Assembly: GCA_016906335.1 (NCBI GenBank)
Contig: JADEYG010000003.1
Location: forward strand, 558,001 to 622,000
Direction of reading: 5' to 3'
Length of the DNA: 64,000 nucleotides
Source of the DNA: Novakomyces olei
Taxonomy: Eukaryota
A program made the translations under genes and the position numbers. Numbering within the stretch: the stretch's first letter is position 1; each line of letters opens with the position of its first letter. The notes below the pieces were generated by a model that did no database searches, was not told the DNA's origin, and saw only the letters and a list, made by a program, of their open reading frames with translations. Positions 24,422 through 37,374 of this stretch are shown here, piece after piece.

Positions 24422-26272
24422 ATGATCAATGCGGCAGCGCGCTTCGTAGCGCGGCTGCCTCCGCCCTCAATCGGCATTTGGCGGCCGAGCAGCCGTGCCT
24501 TCTCACGATCCGCCTTTAGGTCCAATACCTCGTCCCCAAATCTGTCCCCTCCTCCGCCTCCACGAGGCCGTTTCCGGCGGTACCTGACGCGTCTGGAGCG
24601 CGTAGTACTCTACGGCAGTCTCGTCGGTATTGCGTCATTTGCATATACCGTCTACAATCGCCGTCACCCGTACGATCAGCCTCCGCCTGACCCGTCAAAG
24701 AAAACCCTGATCGTTCTCGGGACAGGTTGGGGCAGTACTGCGCTGCTGAAAAACATTGATACGGCAGCGTACAACGTCATTGTCGTTTCGCCACGCAATT
24801 ATTTCATGTTTACGCCACTGCTGCCGAGCTGTACGACAGGAACGATTGAGCAGCGCAGTATTATGGAGCCTATCCGCCATATTACACGCAGAAAGGCCGC
24901 GTCTGTGCATACGATCGAGGCTGAATGTACAGGTGTGGACCACACTGCCAAGACTATTACCGTCGCTGACCGGGCGAGCGGCGGCGAGCAGACTCAGACG
25001 GTAATCCCGTTTGACTACCTCGTTGTCGCTGTCGGTGCGGAAACACAGACGTTTGGTATTCCCGGTGTACGGGAAAACGGGTGCTTTTTGAAGGAGATTG
25101 AGGATGCGCAAAAGATCCGGCAAAAAATTATGGACTGTGTTGAAAAGGCCAATTTTTTGGGGCCCAATGACGCTGAGGAGAAAAGGCGATTGCTGCACAC
25201 TGTCGTTGTGGGCGGTGGTCCAACTGGAATCGAATTTGCTGCTGAATTGGCCGATTTTTATGCCGATGATTTGCTGCGCTGGTACCCGGAAATTCGAGAG
25301 TATTTCAAGGTCACTCTTGTGGAAGCTCTGCCCTCTGTTTTGCCCATGTTTAGTAAGAAGCTGATTGACTACACGGAGAGCACATTCAAGGAGGAAAACA
25401 TCTCCATCCAGACAAAGACGATGGTAAAGGACGTGCGCCCCACGGAAATTGAAGCGCAAGTTACCCGACCAGATGGATCAAAGGAGACGGTTATTATGCC
25501 CTATGGGCTGCTCGTTTGGGCCACGGGCAATACTCCACGCCCTCTCACTCGCGACCTTGTCAGCTCTATTCCCGAGCAAAAGGGATCACGCAGAGGACTG
25601 CTGGTGAACGACTACCTCGTGCTCGAGGGCACTGAAGGCATTTGGGCCCTCGGAGACTGCACTTCGACAAAGTATGTGCCCACTGCTCAAGTGGCTACAC
25701 AGCAAGGCAAATTTTTGGCTAATTTGTTCAATACTCTGGGACAAGTTGAGCAGCAGCAGCAGGATATTGCGTCCCTGCAGGGGTACCTGACAAAGATGCC
25801 GGCAGCTGAAGATCGCCAGGAGGTTGAGCAGGAAATCCAGCGACGTGAGAAGAAAGTGGCGTCCCTGCGCCAGCAGATGGGACCCTTCCACTACTCCCAC
25901 CAGGGCAGTCTTGCTTACATTGGCTCGGATAAGGCGATCGTCGATCTGGAGATTCCGTGGTTCAATGGCAACTGGGCTAGTGGTGGAGGAATGACGTTTT
26001 TGTTTTGGCGCTCTGCCTATATTTCCGAGATTTTCTCTGGTAAGTTGGATCATTGGGATCTAAAATCTTGTATTTTGTGGATTTCTTTTTATTTCAGCCT
26101 TCACGTACACGTTTTTGTATCACCGCTTTGCTAATTTTGTTGATTTTTACTATTTTTATTGATTTTTGCTATTTTTGTTACTTTTTGCTAATTGCTAGTG
26201 CGACTGCGAACATTGGTCATTTTAGACTGGCTCAAAACCAAGGTTTTCGGGCGCGATGTATCTCGCCAGTAG
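24422..26272 (+). CDS. NDE1: Mitochondrial type-II (alternative, probably external) NADH dehydrogenase (intron ~26040-26198)
   Basis: Arg-rich presequence plus TM. LIVLGTGWG, VSPRNYFMFTPLLP, VVVGGGPTGIEFAAEL, WALGDC, TAQVA.QQG, F.YSHQGSLAYIG. Last exon ends DWLKTKVFGRDVSRQ*. Confidence 0.95.
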
Positions 26273-26412
26273 ATCTGGCTTTTCACAGACTGGTTTTGAA
26301 TATTACAGAGTTTTATCGAGCGAGTTAGGCGCGGCTATAGAGTAGTGGCAACGTTGTATGTGTCCCCTATATGCGTTTTAGTATAGCAAATCCCTTTGCC
26401 GCGCCAAGTCTG

Positions 26413-26829
26413 TCAATGTAGCAGCCTGTAGCCCATAATGAAAAGGCCGACCAGCGTCGGTACTCCCAGGAGTCCCGTCCCGCTCGAGGCGCGAATGGTT
26501 GTACGCAAAAACGCAGTCAAAGTCACAGTAATATTTTTGGCCAGCAAAACAAGCAAGAAACTGGAAAGCAGCACAATAAGTGAATCCGGAGACGATCTAC
26601 CCGTTAGTAGTATACATTGGCAATAGTGTAGATTGGGCTATTGATCTGGCCGAGAGTCTATCTGATATTTTTAGAATTCCATTTAACGCAAATTATTCAG
26701 ATCAAAAGTATACAACAGCTCAATGGTCTTGGTAGTCTGTAATAAGCCAACAGCGCAATTGAACTTGTCTATCTTTTTGTTTGCCACAGTGCAAAGGCAA
26801 ACATAACCGCGTGTTTGGACTAAAGACAT
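26413..26829 (-). CDS. Small 2-TM membrane protein, weakly Apq12-like (spliced, not in ORF track)
   Basis: ATG at 26829. Intron GTATAC..CTAAC GGGTAG (~26710-26597) joins in frame to LSSPDSLIVLLSSFLLVLLAKNITVTLTAFLRTTIR..GLLGVPTLVGLFIMGYRLLH*. Confidence 0.45.
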
Positions 26830-27094
26830 AGTATACCAACACGTATTTATTATATTCATAATCAAATAATTGAGCGAGTTTATAATAAAATAAAATATTA
26901 ATTATTTACAAATAGAATAATTATTATTTACACATAAAATAATTATTATCTACACATAAAATAATTATTATTTACAAATAAAATAATTATCTACAAATAG
27001 AATAAATATTTACAAATAAAATAATTATTTACAAATAAAACAATAATTATTTACAATAAACACAGAACGCTGGCCGCGCTGGAAAGCGAGCGCC

Positions 27095-27764
27095 ATGCCG
27101 GCGCCGAGCGGCGACAACACCGCGCCGAGCGGCAATACCGATACTCGTGTCGAAAAACGAAAACCCTTTGAAGCGGAAGAAGAGGAGGAGGAAAGGCGGG
27201 AAAACGAGGATGTGACAAGCAGCAGCAGCGACTCTGGATCTTTTACTATGGAGGTCGGTGTTCCACAGCACCATCGCCACCCGCACCGGCGAGAGTCGTT
27301 CTCCCGCACAGAGACTGTACAGCATCCCGCGGACGAGGCGGACGACGAATATGAGGATGAGTATTTTACTATAGAGCTTCCGCCCGGAGGAAACAGTGGA
27401 AATACGACAGCAAACACTGTCGCTGCCAACTTGCAAACGAGCTTGGACGTTTCGCAACTGCAGGATTTTCAGGTTTTAGTATGTCTCAAATCCACTGCAA
27501 TTCAAGAACTAATCCTCAATGTTAGGGAATAGATACGGCGGCGCCTCTGTTCCAGTTTGGTGACCGTACCTTCCGAGGCCGCTGGACAAAGCTGCTCGGG
27601 ACTGAACTTGCTATCGATCCGCAAGGTAGGTGCCTACTTTGTATGGTTTACTGTGCCCGTCTAACTTTGCAGACAGTAATTTGCAGATTAAAACGGACCG
27701 CCGTTGCGTCCTGTCCCCCGTTACATTGCGACCGACCGACAGAGCAATGAGCAGTGAGCAGTAA
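27095..27764 (+). CDS. TFIIIC subunit 6 (Sfc7/GTF3C6-like), 2 introns
   Basis: Acidic N-terminus, EDEYFTIEL. Spliced QVL/GIDTAAPLFQFGDRTFRGRWTKLLGTELAID matches the TFIIIC_sub6 pattern. Confidence 0.75.
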
Positions 27765-27882
27765 AGAGCAATTGCATTTTTAGTATATAATTATCAGTGT
27801 ACATTGATGATCCAGTTTTTGGTCGGTGCCGTTTAATCCATTTTATCTAGTAATTAGTGCTGTATAAATAAATGATAAATAA

Positions 27883-27884
<2 letters not shown>

Positions 27885-27913
<29 letters not shown>

Positions 27914-28038
27914 GAATAAATGAATAAATGAATAAATGAATAAATGAATAAATGAATAAATGAATAAATGAATAAATGAATAAATGAATAAATGAATAAA
28001 TGAATAAATGAATAAATGAATAAATGAATAAATGAATA
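27885..28038. repeat. (AAAT)n grading into (AAATGAAT)n microsatellite
   Basis: About 16 perfect 8-bp units following an AAAT run. Confidence 0.95.
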
Positions 28039-28179
28039 AGCAATTAATGTATTTTGTCCATATTACGCAGACGATAATTGCCCTATTTTAAATTTTTTTT
28101 TTTAAAAAAGCCTTATCAGCTATCTGAAATAAATATTGTATGAGCGACAAAGCCCATCGAGGTCCACTCCAAAATCTTT

Positions 28180-30105
28180 ATGAGCAGCGACAACGCGACC
28201 TGTCTTGCTGCATCTGCAAACGACCCCAAAGTCCGCATTTTATATGATTGGGCGCGAGAAAATGGGATATGGATCCACGATGGAATCGCAATTGCTCCAA
28301 TGCCCTTATTGCCAGGTTATGGAGTATACGCACGGTCGCAGATAAGAGCAGATACCGTTGTAGTTCGTGTACCCAAAAGTGCTTTGCTGAGTGCCAAAAA
28401 CTGCGGTATCGGCAATCTTATAGACGAGGCTGGAGATACGATTGAGCGTATGGTTCGACTCACTCTGGCTTTTATTTACGAGAGGGAAAAGGGCACTGAA
28501 AGCCCTTGGTTCGGGTTCGTTCAAATCCTTCCTGAACAAGAGTTTGTTCCGCGCTATTGGGACGGAGAGAGTAAATCACTTTTGCGTGGAACTGAGGTGG
28601 AAGCTGTAGGCGGCTTGGATCAAGAAATTGTGAAGAAAATGCTCGACAACCAAGTCGTGCCCTTTTTCCAAAAGCATGAAGCACTGCTCAAGATACCCGC
28701 AGCCAAGATTACTTTTGATTTTTTCTCACGTGCTCTCAGTGTAGTAGCGGCAAGAGCCTTTGAGATTGATAATTACCATGAGGTGGCAATTGTGCCAATT
28801 AGTGTAATGCTAAATCATACAGACGATGAGCATGTGCATTTTGAGGGAGACGCTTACGTATGTGATGAATGTGGGAGCGCAGGCGCGTGTGAGCATGCTT
28901 TGGCAGAAGAAGGAGAAAAAGAAGAAAACCAGTTTGAGTTTATAGAAGAGGAGCCGCCTCTTAAAAGGGTCAAAAAGATCGAGAGCGAAATGGACAAAGG
29001 CGTGGAGCAGGGACAAGGGGAGGAGACTAATAGGCAGCAAGACCAGCAGACTTCAAAAATGAATAATGCTGCTGAAAACGTAAACGAAAAGGAGAATGTA
29101 AAAGGCTTTGGTAATGGAAAACAAATTAATGGGAATGATCCAGTTCAAAAGGACGTGCAATCTCAGGGCGATAGTGAAAACGCAGAAACAGAGGAGGAAC
29201 AGGACACTTGCGATTTACGACTAGTGCGCGGCGTCAATCCCGGTGAGGAGATATTCAATACTTATGGAAGACTGGGCAATGACGTTCTTCTTTCGCGCTA
29301 TGGCTTTTCTCTGTGGGCGAACAGGTACAATCGAGTATCTGTAAAGACAGAAGTTAATCGGCTATTCAAACAGACGCCTGAGCTTGCGAGTGTACGTGAA
29401 TGGTGGCGTCGGAACGGTGCAGTTGTCTGTGATTTGCTGCAGATTGTAGGCGACCCACTTGACTCGGACGATGAGGAGGAGGAAGAGAACGGGACTAATC
29501 ATGAAAATGATGAAAACAATAATGCAAATAATGATGCAAATAATGATGGAGACAATAGTCATAACGTAGACGTGGCCTCTGAATCAGAAGAAGAGCCTAG
29601 TGACAATGATAATTCAGACGAAGAGCCGGACGAGTTTGATGATGATTGGCTATGCATTTTTGCTCCTTCTTCGCCTCATCGTGCTCTCATTCTAACCCTA
29701 ATTGTTTACCACGCTGGACCGAAAAAGCTTACGCAGTTTGAAAATGACATGCATCAGTGCTGCCGACACTTGAACAAGCTAATGGATGCTAATGAGCGGG
29801 CAGTAGCCGCGATTCGTAACAGGGAGTCTCTGCCACAAGTCTTGTCCAAAAGCCAAGCTGCCAAGTTAGTTGCAGTTTACGATACACTAACCCAAGTTAT
29901 CGGCCAACGGGGAAAAAGGTACAAGGACGCTGCTATTTCCAGTGCAGAGTACAAACAGCTTCTCGACGGGTTACCCGAGACTAGAGAGAATTTCGTTAAA
30001 ATTTGTGCTCTACGTACTGTCGGCAGCGAAAAATCTGTGCTTGAAAGTTGCCAAGCCGGATGCGTGCGGACCGCAGCTGCACTTCGAGCTGCTTACAAGC
30101 TATGA
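28180..30105 (+). CDS. SET-domain protein-lysine methyltransferase, Rkm3/SETD6-like
   Basis: GYGVYA, VPKSALLS, SPWFGFVQILP, RAFEIDNYH..VP...MLNH, VCDECGS.G.C.H insert, GEEIFNTYG.LGN..LL.RYGF. Confidence 0.88.
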   Translation: MSSDNATCLAASANDPKVRILYDWARENGIWIHDGIAIAPMPLLPGYGVYARSQIRADTVVVRVPKSALLSAKNCGIGNLIDEAGDTIERMVRLTLAFIYEREKGTESPWFGFVQILPEQEFVPRYWDGESKSLLRGTEVEAVGGLDQEIVKKMLDNQVVPFFQKHEALLKIPAAKITFDFFSRALSVVAARAFEIDNYHEVAIVPISVMLNHTDDEHVHFEGDAYVCDECGSAGACEHALAEEGEKEENQFEFIEEEPPLKRVKKIESEMDKGVEQGQGEETNRQQDQQTSKMNNAAENVNEKENVKGFGNGKQINGNDPVQKDVQSQGDSENAETEEEQDTCDLRLVRGVNPGEEIFNTYGRLGNDVLLSRYGFSLWANRYNRVSVKTEVNRLFKQTPELASVREWWRRNGAVVCDLLQIVGDPLDSDDEEEEENGTNHENDENNNANNDANNDGDNSHNVDVASESEEEPSDNDNSDEEPDEFDDDWLCIFAPSSPHRALILTLIVYHAGPKKLTQFENDMHQCCRHLNKLMDANERAVAAIRNRESLPQVLSKSQAAKLVAVYDTLTQVIGQRGKRYKDAAISSAEYKQLLDGLPETRENFVKICALRTVGSEKSVLESCQAGCVRTAAALRAAYKL

Positions 30106-30447
30106 TAGAAATGGTAAAGTATAGGCTTATTATTCATCCGTTTATATAATGCATATAGTTCATTTCCAAGGACGAGACAAAGAGGTTTGAATAGAGATAG
30201 GGTGATTCAAAGAGGGATTGTATTTGTTTCATTCAGTCTTTCAGAGACCGACTTTTTGCAAATGCAATAGATCTTAGATCTGTAGTTGAAAAGGCGGTGC
30301 TTGTTTAGTATTGTCAATATCGCATGAAAAGTATTGAAGACAGAGCGAACAATCAAGCACTGTATCCCTCAGGGAAGAGTACAGAGCACTGAATTATTGG
30401 CCAATTGTATAATAACTAAAACCCTATCTGTATGGGTGGTATCGAAT

Positions 30448-30934
30448 TTACCGTTTAGGCGGCGCAATCATAATTACAGAGTCTCCACGCACAAACAGCA
30501 TATCCGAGTTCTTTTTCACCAACTTTGCGTAAACCATTAGCACAAGTAAACCCTAATCCTCTTGTTTACCTTTACACCATCGACATCCTCAGACTCTGCA
30601 TCTTCATCGCTGACGATAGTGATTGTTTCTTCCACGTTGGACATGACGAGATTCTTAGACATTAGGATCAGTGACGACATGTAAAGCTTACCAGGTGACC
30701 ATCGTACGCCTGTCCAGTTAGTAGATATTCGGTATAGAAAGCCAATATTAATCATACATGCAAACGGCCTCGTAACTCGCGATCTCCACGAAGTTTTACG
30801 TAAACCCGCTCTTCAAGAGAAAGCCGAACCAAGTCCAATGGCTCTGCAACCTTAACATTTGTTAGCGCGAACAGTGGCTAAAACAAATCTGGGTTTCGTA
30901 CAGTCGCGACGCCGCCCGTTTCTGTATCGGCCAT
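30448..30934 (-). CDS. LSM3: Sm-like protein Lsm3 (4 introns)
   Basis: Spliced: [87 protein letters not shown]. Confidence 0.95.
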
Positions 30935-31191
30935 ATTGTGCAGTTTTGTTTGATAATAATTAATTCGATAAACCTGTAAGCCTAAATTTTGGCTATACCC
31001 ACCATATAAATTGTAAACCCTAACAAACCCTAAGAAAATATTATATGAGTTTTTAATGGCGTGTAAGATTCCTTGAAACAAACTGCTTTTAATTCTACAC
31101 AATTATTTGCTTGTCGATATTATAATAAAATAAATAAATTGTCTAATAAATAAATTGTCTACAAAAAAAGATAGTCGCTCAAAGATCAGCA

Positions 31192-32466
31192 ATGTTTGCC
31201 CTGAGCAGGCTGGCCAGGCCTTTGGCTCCGCCTCGCTTCAGTTATTTCACAGCTCTGCCTCTGGGAAAGGTCCGGCTCTTTTCACAGCCAGCGCTTAGCC
31301 AATTGAAACCAAACAAGGGCTCTAAGCATTATGTAAGGCAGAGTCATGGTAATACAGGCCTTTTTACTGATCGCAATCCCTAGAAAAAACGTACTGGACG
31401 CGGTGCCGGTTCAGGACGCGGAGGCCATACTACAGGACGCGGACATAATGGTCAGAAATCGCGGTCCGGATACTCTCGGCCACGGCCTGGATTTGCCGGC
31501 GGTCAGCTGCCTTACCACATGCAGTTCCCCAAGATCGGAATGAAATCGTACGTATACCGATGGCATTTTATTGACAAACAAAACGAAATTAAATAATGTG
31601 GAAATGGGGAAAATTTAAAAGAATTCCTCCTGAAAAACAAAATCAATTTATTTGGCGCATTAATGAAATCTATTCTAACAATGTAGGCGTGTACCTAAAT
31701 TGAGTATTTTAACGCTCGAGAGGTTACAGCTTTGGATCCAAGAAGGACGAATTGATCCAGAAAAGCCTATAACAATGGCGGTTATACAGCAAAGTGGTTG
31801 TATCACGGCAATAAAGCACGGACTGAAATTGCTGGCAGCTGTATGCTTCGTTAAACTGTATATTTTTATTTTTCTGACAGCTAGGGCCATGAATATTTCA
31901 AATTTCCCATTAACATTACGGTATCGAAAGCCTCAAGGCAAGCTATTGAGGCTATCGAAGGAGTAGGAGGAACAGTTCTTTCGAAATATTACACCAAGAA
32001 AGGTCTACAGCGTATGCTGAACCGCCCGGCTGAATTGATAGTCAAGCGAGGACCGGACTCGTTGCCTATCAGACGGAAGGATATAGGTACAGAAGAAAAA
32101 CAGTTGATTGATTCACAATGTTAAATTTAATTCTGTTCTTTATTTATACTATTATTCTTAGCTCTTCGTCATTTCTGTTTTGTTTTTTATTATTACGGCC
32201 TTAATTGGCGGATTGATGGTTAATACATTCTTGGTTTGGTGTCCATCAATGTAGTCTGATGTCCTCATTTATTCCGTTATATTTTATGTTTTCTCTATTG
32301 CTAACGTTCAGAATATTATCGCAATCTAAACAATCGCGGTTTTATGTCCTTTCTACCTGCATTGGCGCCTTACAGGCCGAAAGCCAAAAGGGAATCTAAA
32401 AGGATGCTGGCAGAGGCTGTCTACAACCCACTCACGCAGCAGTTGCAATATGAATAACAGGAATAG
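31192..32466 (+). CDS. MRPL10: Mitochondrial ribosomal protein uL15m (4 introns)
   Basis: Presequence. [10 protein letters not shown]../[78 protein letters not shown]. Confidence 0.92.
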
Positions 32467-32663
32467 AAAATCATTATTGAGAATACAACAAATACATAAT
32501 CAATAAACATCTCTTTGAACAAAGATCCAAATGTAAAGACTTGACAGTCTGGCCCTTTCTTTTATTCATTTATACTATATTTTTCACAAATTCGTTTCTT
32601 TTATTTACAGTTTTTATTTACTACTTATACGGCATTATTATAGACCGTTAAACATGCAGTCAA

Positions 32664-34454
32664 TCACCAATTGTCGAAATTACCAAACCCTAGTTTTGGT
32701 TTCTTTTTAACAGGCTCAGGTTGCGATACAGTATCCTCCACGCTTGCTGGTGCAGCAGATCCAAGGTATTTTCCAACAGGAGTTTGGGAGTCATTCGCCC
32801 CTTTTGAATCTAATCGTTTCCCTGTCCAAGTCACTGCTTCATTCTCATCATCCTCTTTACTATTTTCCTTGCTTTCCTTTTCCTGGTCTTTTCCTTTCAA
32901 ATATTCTTCAAACGGGTCTATAAACACATTGATGCTCGTTATTGATATGTTCTCTTTCGGTCGGCTGTTAGGTCCAGTTGCTTGCTGTTCCAATCGGTTA
33001 AGGGTATCGTTTCCGCCCACGAGCTTTCCGAATATAGTGTGCTTTTTATCCAAATGTTTTGCAGGTGCAAATGTAATGAAACTGGTAATTAATAAGATAG
33101 ATTTCATTGTACACTGAAAAAGAAGAAAGAGAAGAAAAGAAAATTGAATTAAATCACCAGCCAGTCAAACAAAAAGCCATTCCAAAAAATAGGGAACAAA
33201 ACTCGATCAAAATTTGCGAGCAAATTTATAATTAAAAATCATAAGAAACAGGTCGATCACTTACAATTGCGAAGTATTGGTGTCCGGCCCCTTATTAGCC
33301 ATCGACAAAACTCCACGAGAATCATGAGACAGAGCATTATTAACTTCATCCTTGAAAGAATCCCGCCAAATAGAATGCCCATCTGTACCCGTACCTGTAG
33401 GATCCCCTCCTTGAACCATAAAGCCCTTTATAATCCGGTGGAAAATAGTATTATTGTAATATCCACTTTTAGCCAACATGATAAAATTGTAAGCCGCCAA
33501 TGGTGCTTGTTCAGCAAACAATTCAAGGTTCAAATCTCCCAAACTAGTTTGGATTTGTACGTAACCTTTTGCTTTAACTTTGCGAGGCACAAGAAGCCAG
33601 TCTCTTACAGATTTTTCCTCGTATTCCATCTTTGTATGAGGCGTGAAAGCTGTTGATGTAAACGAAGCGGCTGTTAAACCCTTTGATCGAGCTGATAAAT
33701 GCTCTGGCCGTTTTGTCATAGTTTCGAGAGATTTTAACTTTGAACCGTTTTCCTCCTTTTTATTTATGTCATTTTGCCGTAAATTCTTTACTGCCTCTTT
33801 AGCCCTTTGAATCCTTGAATCTGCATTTAGAGTGCCCCTTATCTTTTCATCTACACCATCTTTCCCCTTATCATTTAGCGCCTGCTTTTCCTTGGCACCA
33901 TCACTCTTGACAGACTGGAATGCAGCCATATTTCGGTTAGCCAGATTATGAGGATCCTGAATAGTAATAATATCCTTGCGCCGAAACTCTTCGCCGGAAA
34001 CGAGATCATTCCAGTTTCGAGGCTTAATGTTTAACCGCTCTATCGTGTCATACGCAAAAACGTTCCCCGAAGTTCGGAGCGCGACAATGTGTGTATGTTC
34101 CGTGAGGACTTTAAAAGTTACCGGGTCGATATACTCACCCTCAGAATTCTTGTGGAACCTCAGCTTCAGCAGCTGCGAGAGAGCCAGAGGCTCGCCACTT
34201 ACAGGATTAGTGCCGTTTCGTTTTACATAGGGGACAATATGTGCAAGGTCAAAGACAGTGGCCATTCCTTCACTGTCAACCACGCAAACAGCATTGCGAA
34301 AGGGCTGCAGCGAAAGACTGCAGTACTGGAAGGGAAGCTGTTTAAACAGCTGAGCTGTCTTGCGTGCAGTGATTCCGGAAGAAGCGCTGTGCGCTCCATA
34401 CTGGCCCGAGTGCTCAGAGTGGGTGACGTAAAGTTTATCTGTGTTTTTGCCCAT
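32664..34454 (-). CDS. U-box + cyclophilin PPIase Cyp60/PPIL2 (1 intron)
   Basis: [83 protein letters not shown]. Ends GFGNFDNW. Confidence 0.93.
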
Positions 34455-34660
34455 CGCTGAGCCGAACGGCAGTTGGCTCGCGCCGTATAGATACGTGCCA
34501 CTGTGTCTGCTGCGTACGGCGTTGCTGCCCGATTATTATTACAGAACAATATTGCGTCGCTCAGCGATATACAATAACCCTAACCCTAAATAAATCTGAG
34601 TATACTTTTTTTGGAGAAACAAATATAATTCTCGACGAGAGAATATTGCATTAAAAATTT

Positions 34661-37374
34661 ATGTCGAAACGGCAGCGTACAGAACCGACCGCGAGGCCAC
34701 GCGGCTCAAGGCTGTTTGCGCCGTTCCGGTCAATCGCGCATGTTTCAGACAATGTCCCGTTTCATGTGCATACGCGCGGAAACCAGCACCTTGTCACTAC
34801 TTCAGTCGGTGCTGCAATTCACACATACGATGTAGGTGTAGAATCATAATTTGGACACTAGTATTAACAGTCAAGGCGGCACATCTAAACCTGCTTTTTG
34901 TGAACTTTACCAGCGCACCAGCAAGAGCGATCTCGAGTGCTGGTAACATTACGCTTGCAGGTCTTGCCCGTGGAATTGTCGGGTTCACACGTGGTCGGCA
35001 AGTTTTGCAGATCGATATCGGTGGGGGCAAGAGTGGCAGTGGGGGTCTGGTGGGGGTCTGCGCGTTTGGTGGGCTCGTTGTTGCTGCCACCTCGAGTGGG
35101 CTGCAGACTTTTGCGCTTGATACTGGAGCCCACGTGTCCACCGTGGAATGTGGGGCGGTATCGCACGTTATTCACATGCCCACGTATCTCAATAAAGTAG
35201 CGGCGGCACTCGCAGACGGCAGACTCGCTATTGTTAATGTCAAAACGGGCCGCGTAGTTTACACGTTTGCTCATGACGCGGCTATAACGGCACTGAGTGC
35301 GGCGCCTGCTCTTGACGTAATTGCCGTCGGTTTGGCGGATGGCCGTATACTGCTACGGAATATCCGAAAGGACACAACGCTTATCCAGTTCCGGCACTCG
35401 CAAAAGTGTACTGCTTTGACGTTTCGCACGGATGCGCCCATCATGGCCAGCGCTAGCGAGGATGGGGTGGTATTATGGAACTTGGAAAAGTGCCGTGTGC
35501 ATTATATGCTACGCCAGGCGGCGCCCGCCAGCCAAGTACAGTTTTTGAACGGTCAGCCTATTCTCATTACTAGCGGGGACAATACGTTGGTCGAATGGAT
35601 CTGCGATTCATTGGATGGCTGCCCTCGGCACCTAAAGTCACGCAGTGGCCATCGGCTACCGCCTAATCGTATTCGCTTTTATTCAGGAGACTCGCATTTC
35701 ATGCTGTCGAGTGGCCAGGATGGGATGCTGCGGGCAGTTAGCTGCTACAACGATTCTCAATCGCAAGTAATGGCGGCGCGGGATGCTTACGGGCCGGTTA
35801 CCGCCCTCGCACTATCCCGCACAAGAGAACGCGATTGGGATAATATTATTACCGCCCACATAGATGATAGTCACGTGCGTACGTGGAACTGGCAGCGACG
35901 TGCTATTGGCAAGCACGCGGTGCCCACGTCCGATGGGACGGTAGCACGAAGCGTGGGCGTAAGCGGGTGTGGGAATTTCGGATTTATCGGTAGCGTGGGC
36001 GGCACGATCGATGTGTTCAACATGCAGAGCGGACGGAAGCAGCGGCACTGGCCCGCGCATCGTCGGGCAATTACGGGGCTGGCATGCTTTAACAGCATTC
36101 TTGTGTCAGCGTCCCTTGACGCCGATGTCCATTTTTGGACATTTGCGGGGGAATTATTGGCAACACAACAAATTGAAAGCGCTATTACCCTTTGCGTTTC
36201 GCACGCAGATACGGAACTGGTGGCAGTTGCCAGCGATGATTTAGCGATAAGAATCATCGATGCCGAGACACACCGGTGCATAAGGGAGTTGTGGGGCCAC
36301 AACAATCGGATTACGGACATTGCTTTTTCTGGTGATGCACGGTTACTCGTAAGCTCGTCCCTTGATGGCACTGTACGAACATGGGATCTCCCCAGTGGGT
36401 TAATGGTGGACGCGTTTGCTGTACGCGACACGTGTACATCTGTCGCGTTTAGCCCGATTGATGATTTATTGGCAACTACGCACGTCAATGACGTGGGCAT
36501 CAGCCTTTGGACAAATAAGGCACAGTTTCGCCCTGCTGCTATGCAGCACATGTCAGAAGACGACATTGTGCAAGTTGATCTGCCCGGTCACGGCAGAACA
36601 ATAGGCACAAGTGTAGTGGAGGCCGCCTTACAGAGCGAATCCACAGATGCCCAAAAATTTACTGGTGACAACACACTCGAAAACTTTGAGCAGCTACACA
36701 AGGACATTTTGACACTGTCTCTCGTACCGCGAGCAAGGTGGCAAACTTTAGTTAATCTGGAAGATATTCGGGCAAGAAACAGGCCGATTGAGCCGCCCAA
36801 GCAACCGGAAAAGGCGCCATTCTTTCTTCCGAGTTTACGCGATGTGCGCAAAGCAGAGAATGCCGATTCGCCAGGGGCCGAATCAGCCCACGCAAGAAAA
36901 AAACTGGATTCCGAATTCGTTTCGGAACCAGGTTCCGAGCCTGCCCGGGATTCCATGTCCCTTGCTAGTACGCAAGTTCCGACGGCCGATGTAAGTGGGG
37001 CCAGTCGCTTACTCGTAAGGTGCCACCAAATCAAAAGCTACTCTGAATTTATAAAATACCTTGAGGAACTCTCGCCGGCCGCGACTGATCTTGCTATCGG
37101 AGGATTTTCTCTGTTTCCTCCTTTTACTGAGCATATTGCTTTTTGCAAAGCGCTTACGGAACAAATAAGCAGGCGTAAGGATTTTGAATTAGTGCAAGCT
37201 TGGATGACGACATTTTTACGCAAGTATACAGATGTACTTTTAGCAAACGTGGAAGAAAATGAGCTGATGGATGCTTTAACGGAATACCAAAAGGCACAGC
37301 AAGCCGAATCGCAAAGATTAGCCGATTTAATTGGCTACGCCTTGGGCGTCGTGAATTTTGTGCGATTAAAATAG
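34661..37374 (+). CDS. UTP21: U3 snoRNP WD40 protein Utp21/WDR36 (1 intron)
   Basis: SRLFAPFR, PTYLNK, WD repeats (GHNNRITDIAFS.D.R), C-terminal RWQTLVNLEDIRARNRPIEPPK.PEKAPFFLP, DFELVQAWM. Confidence 0.94.
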
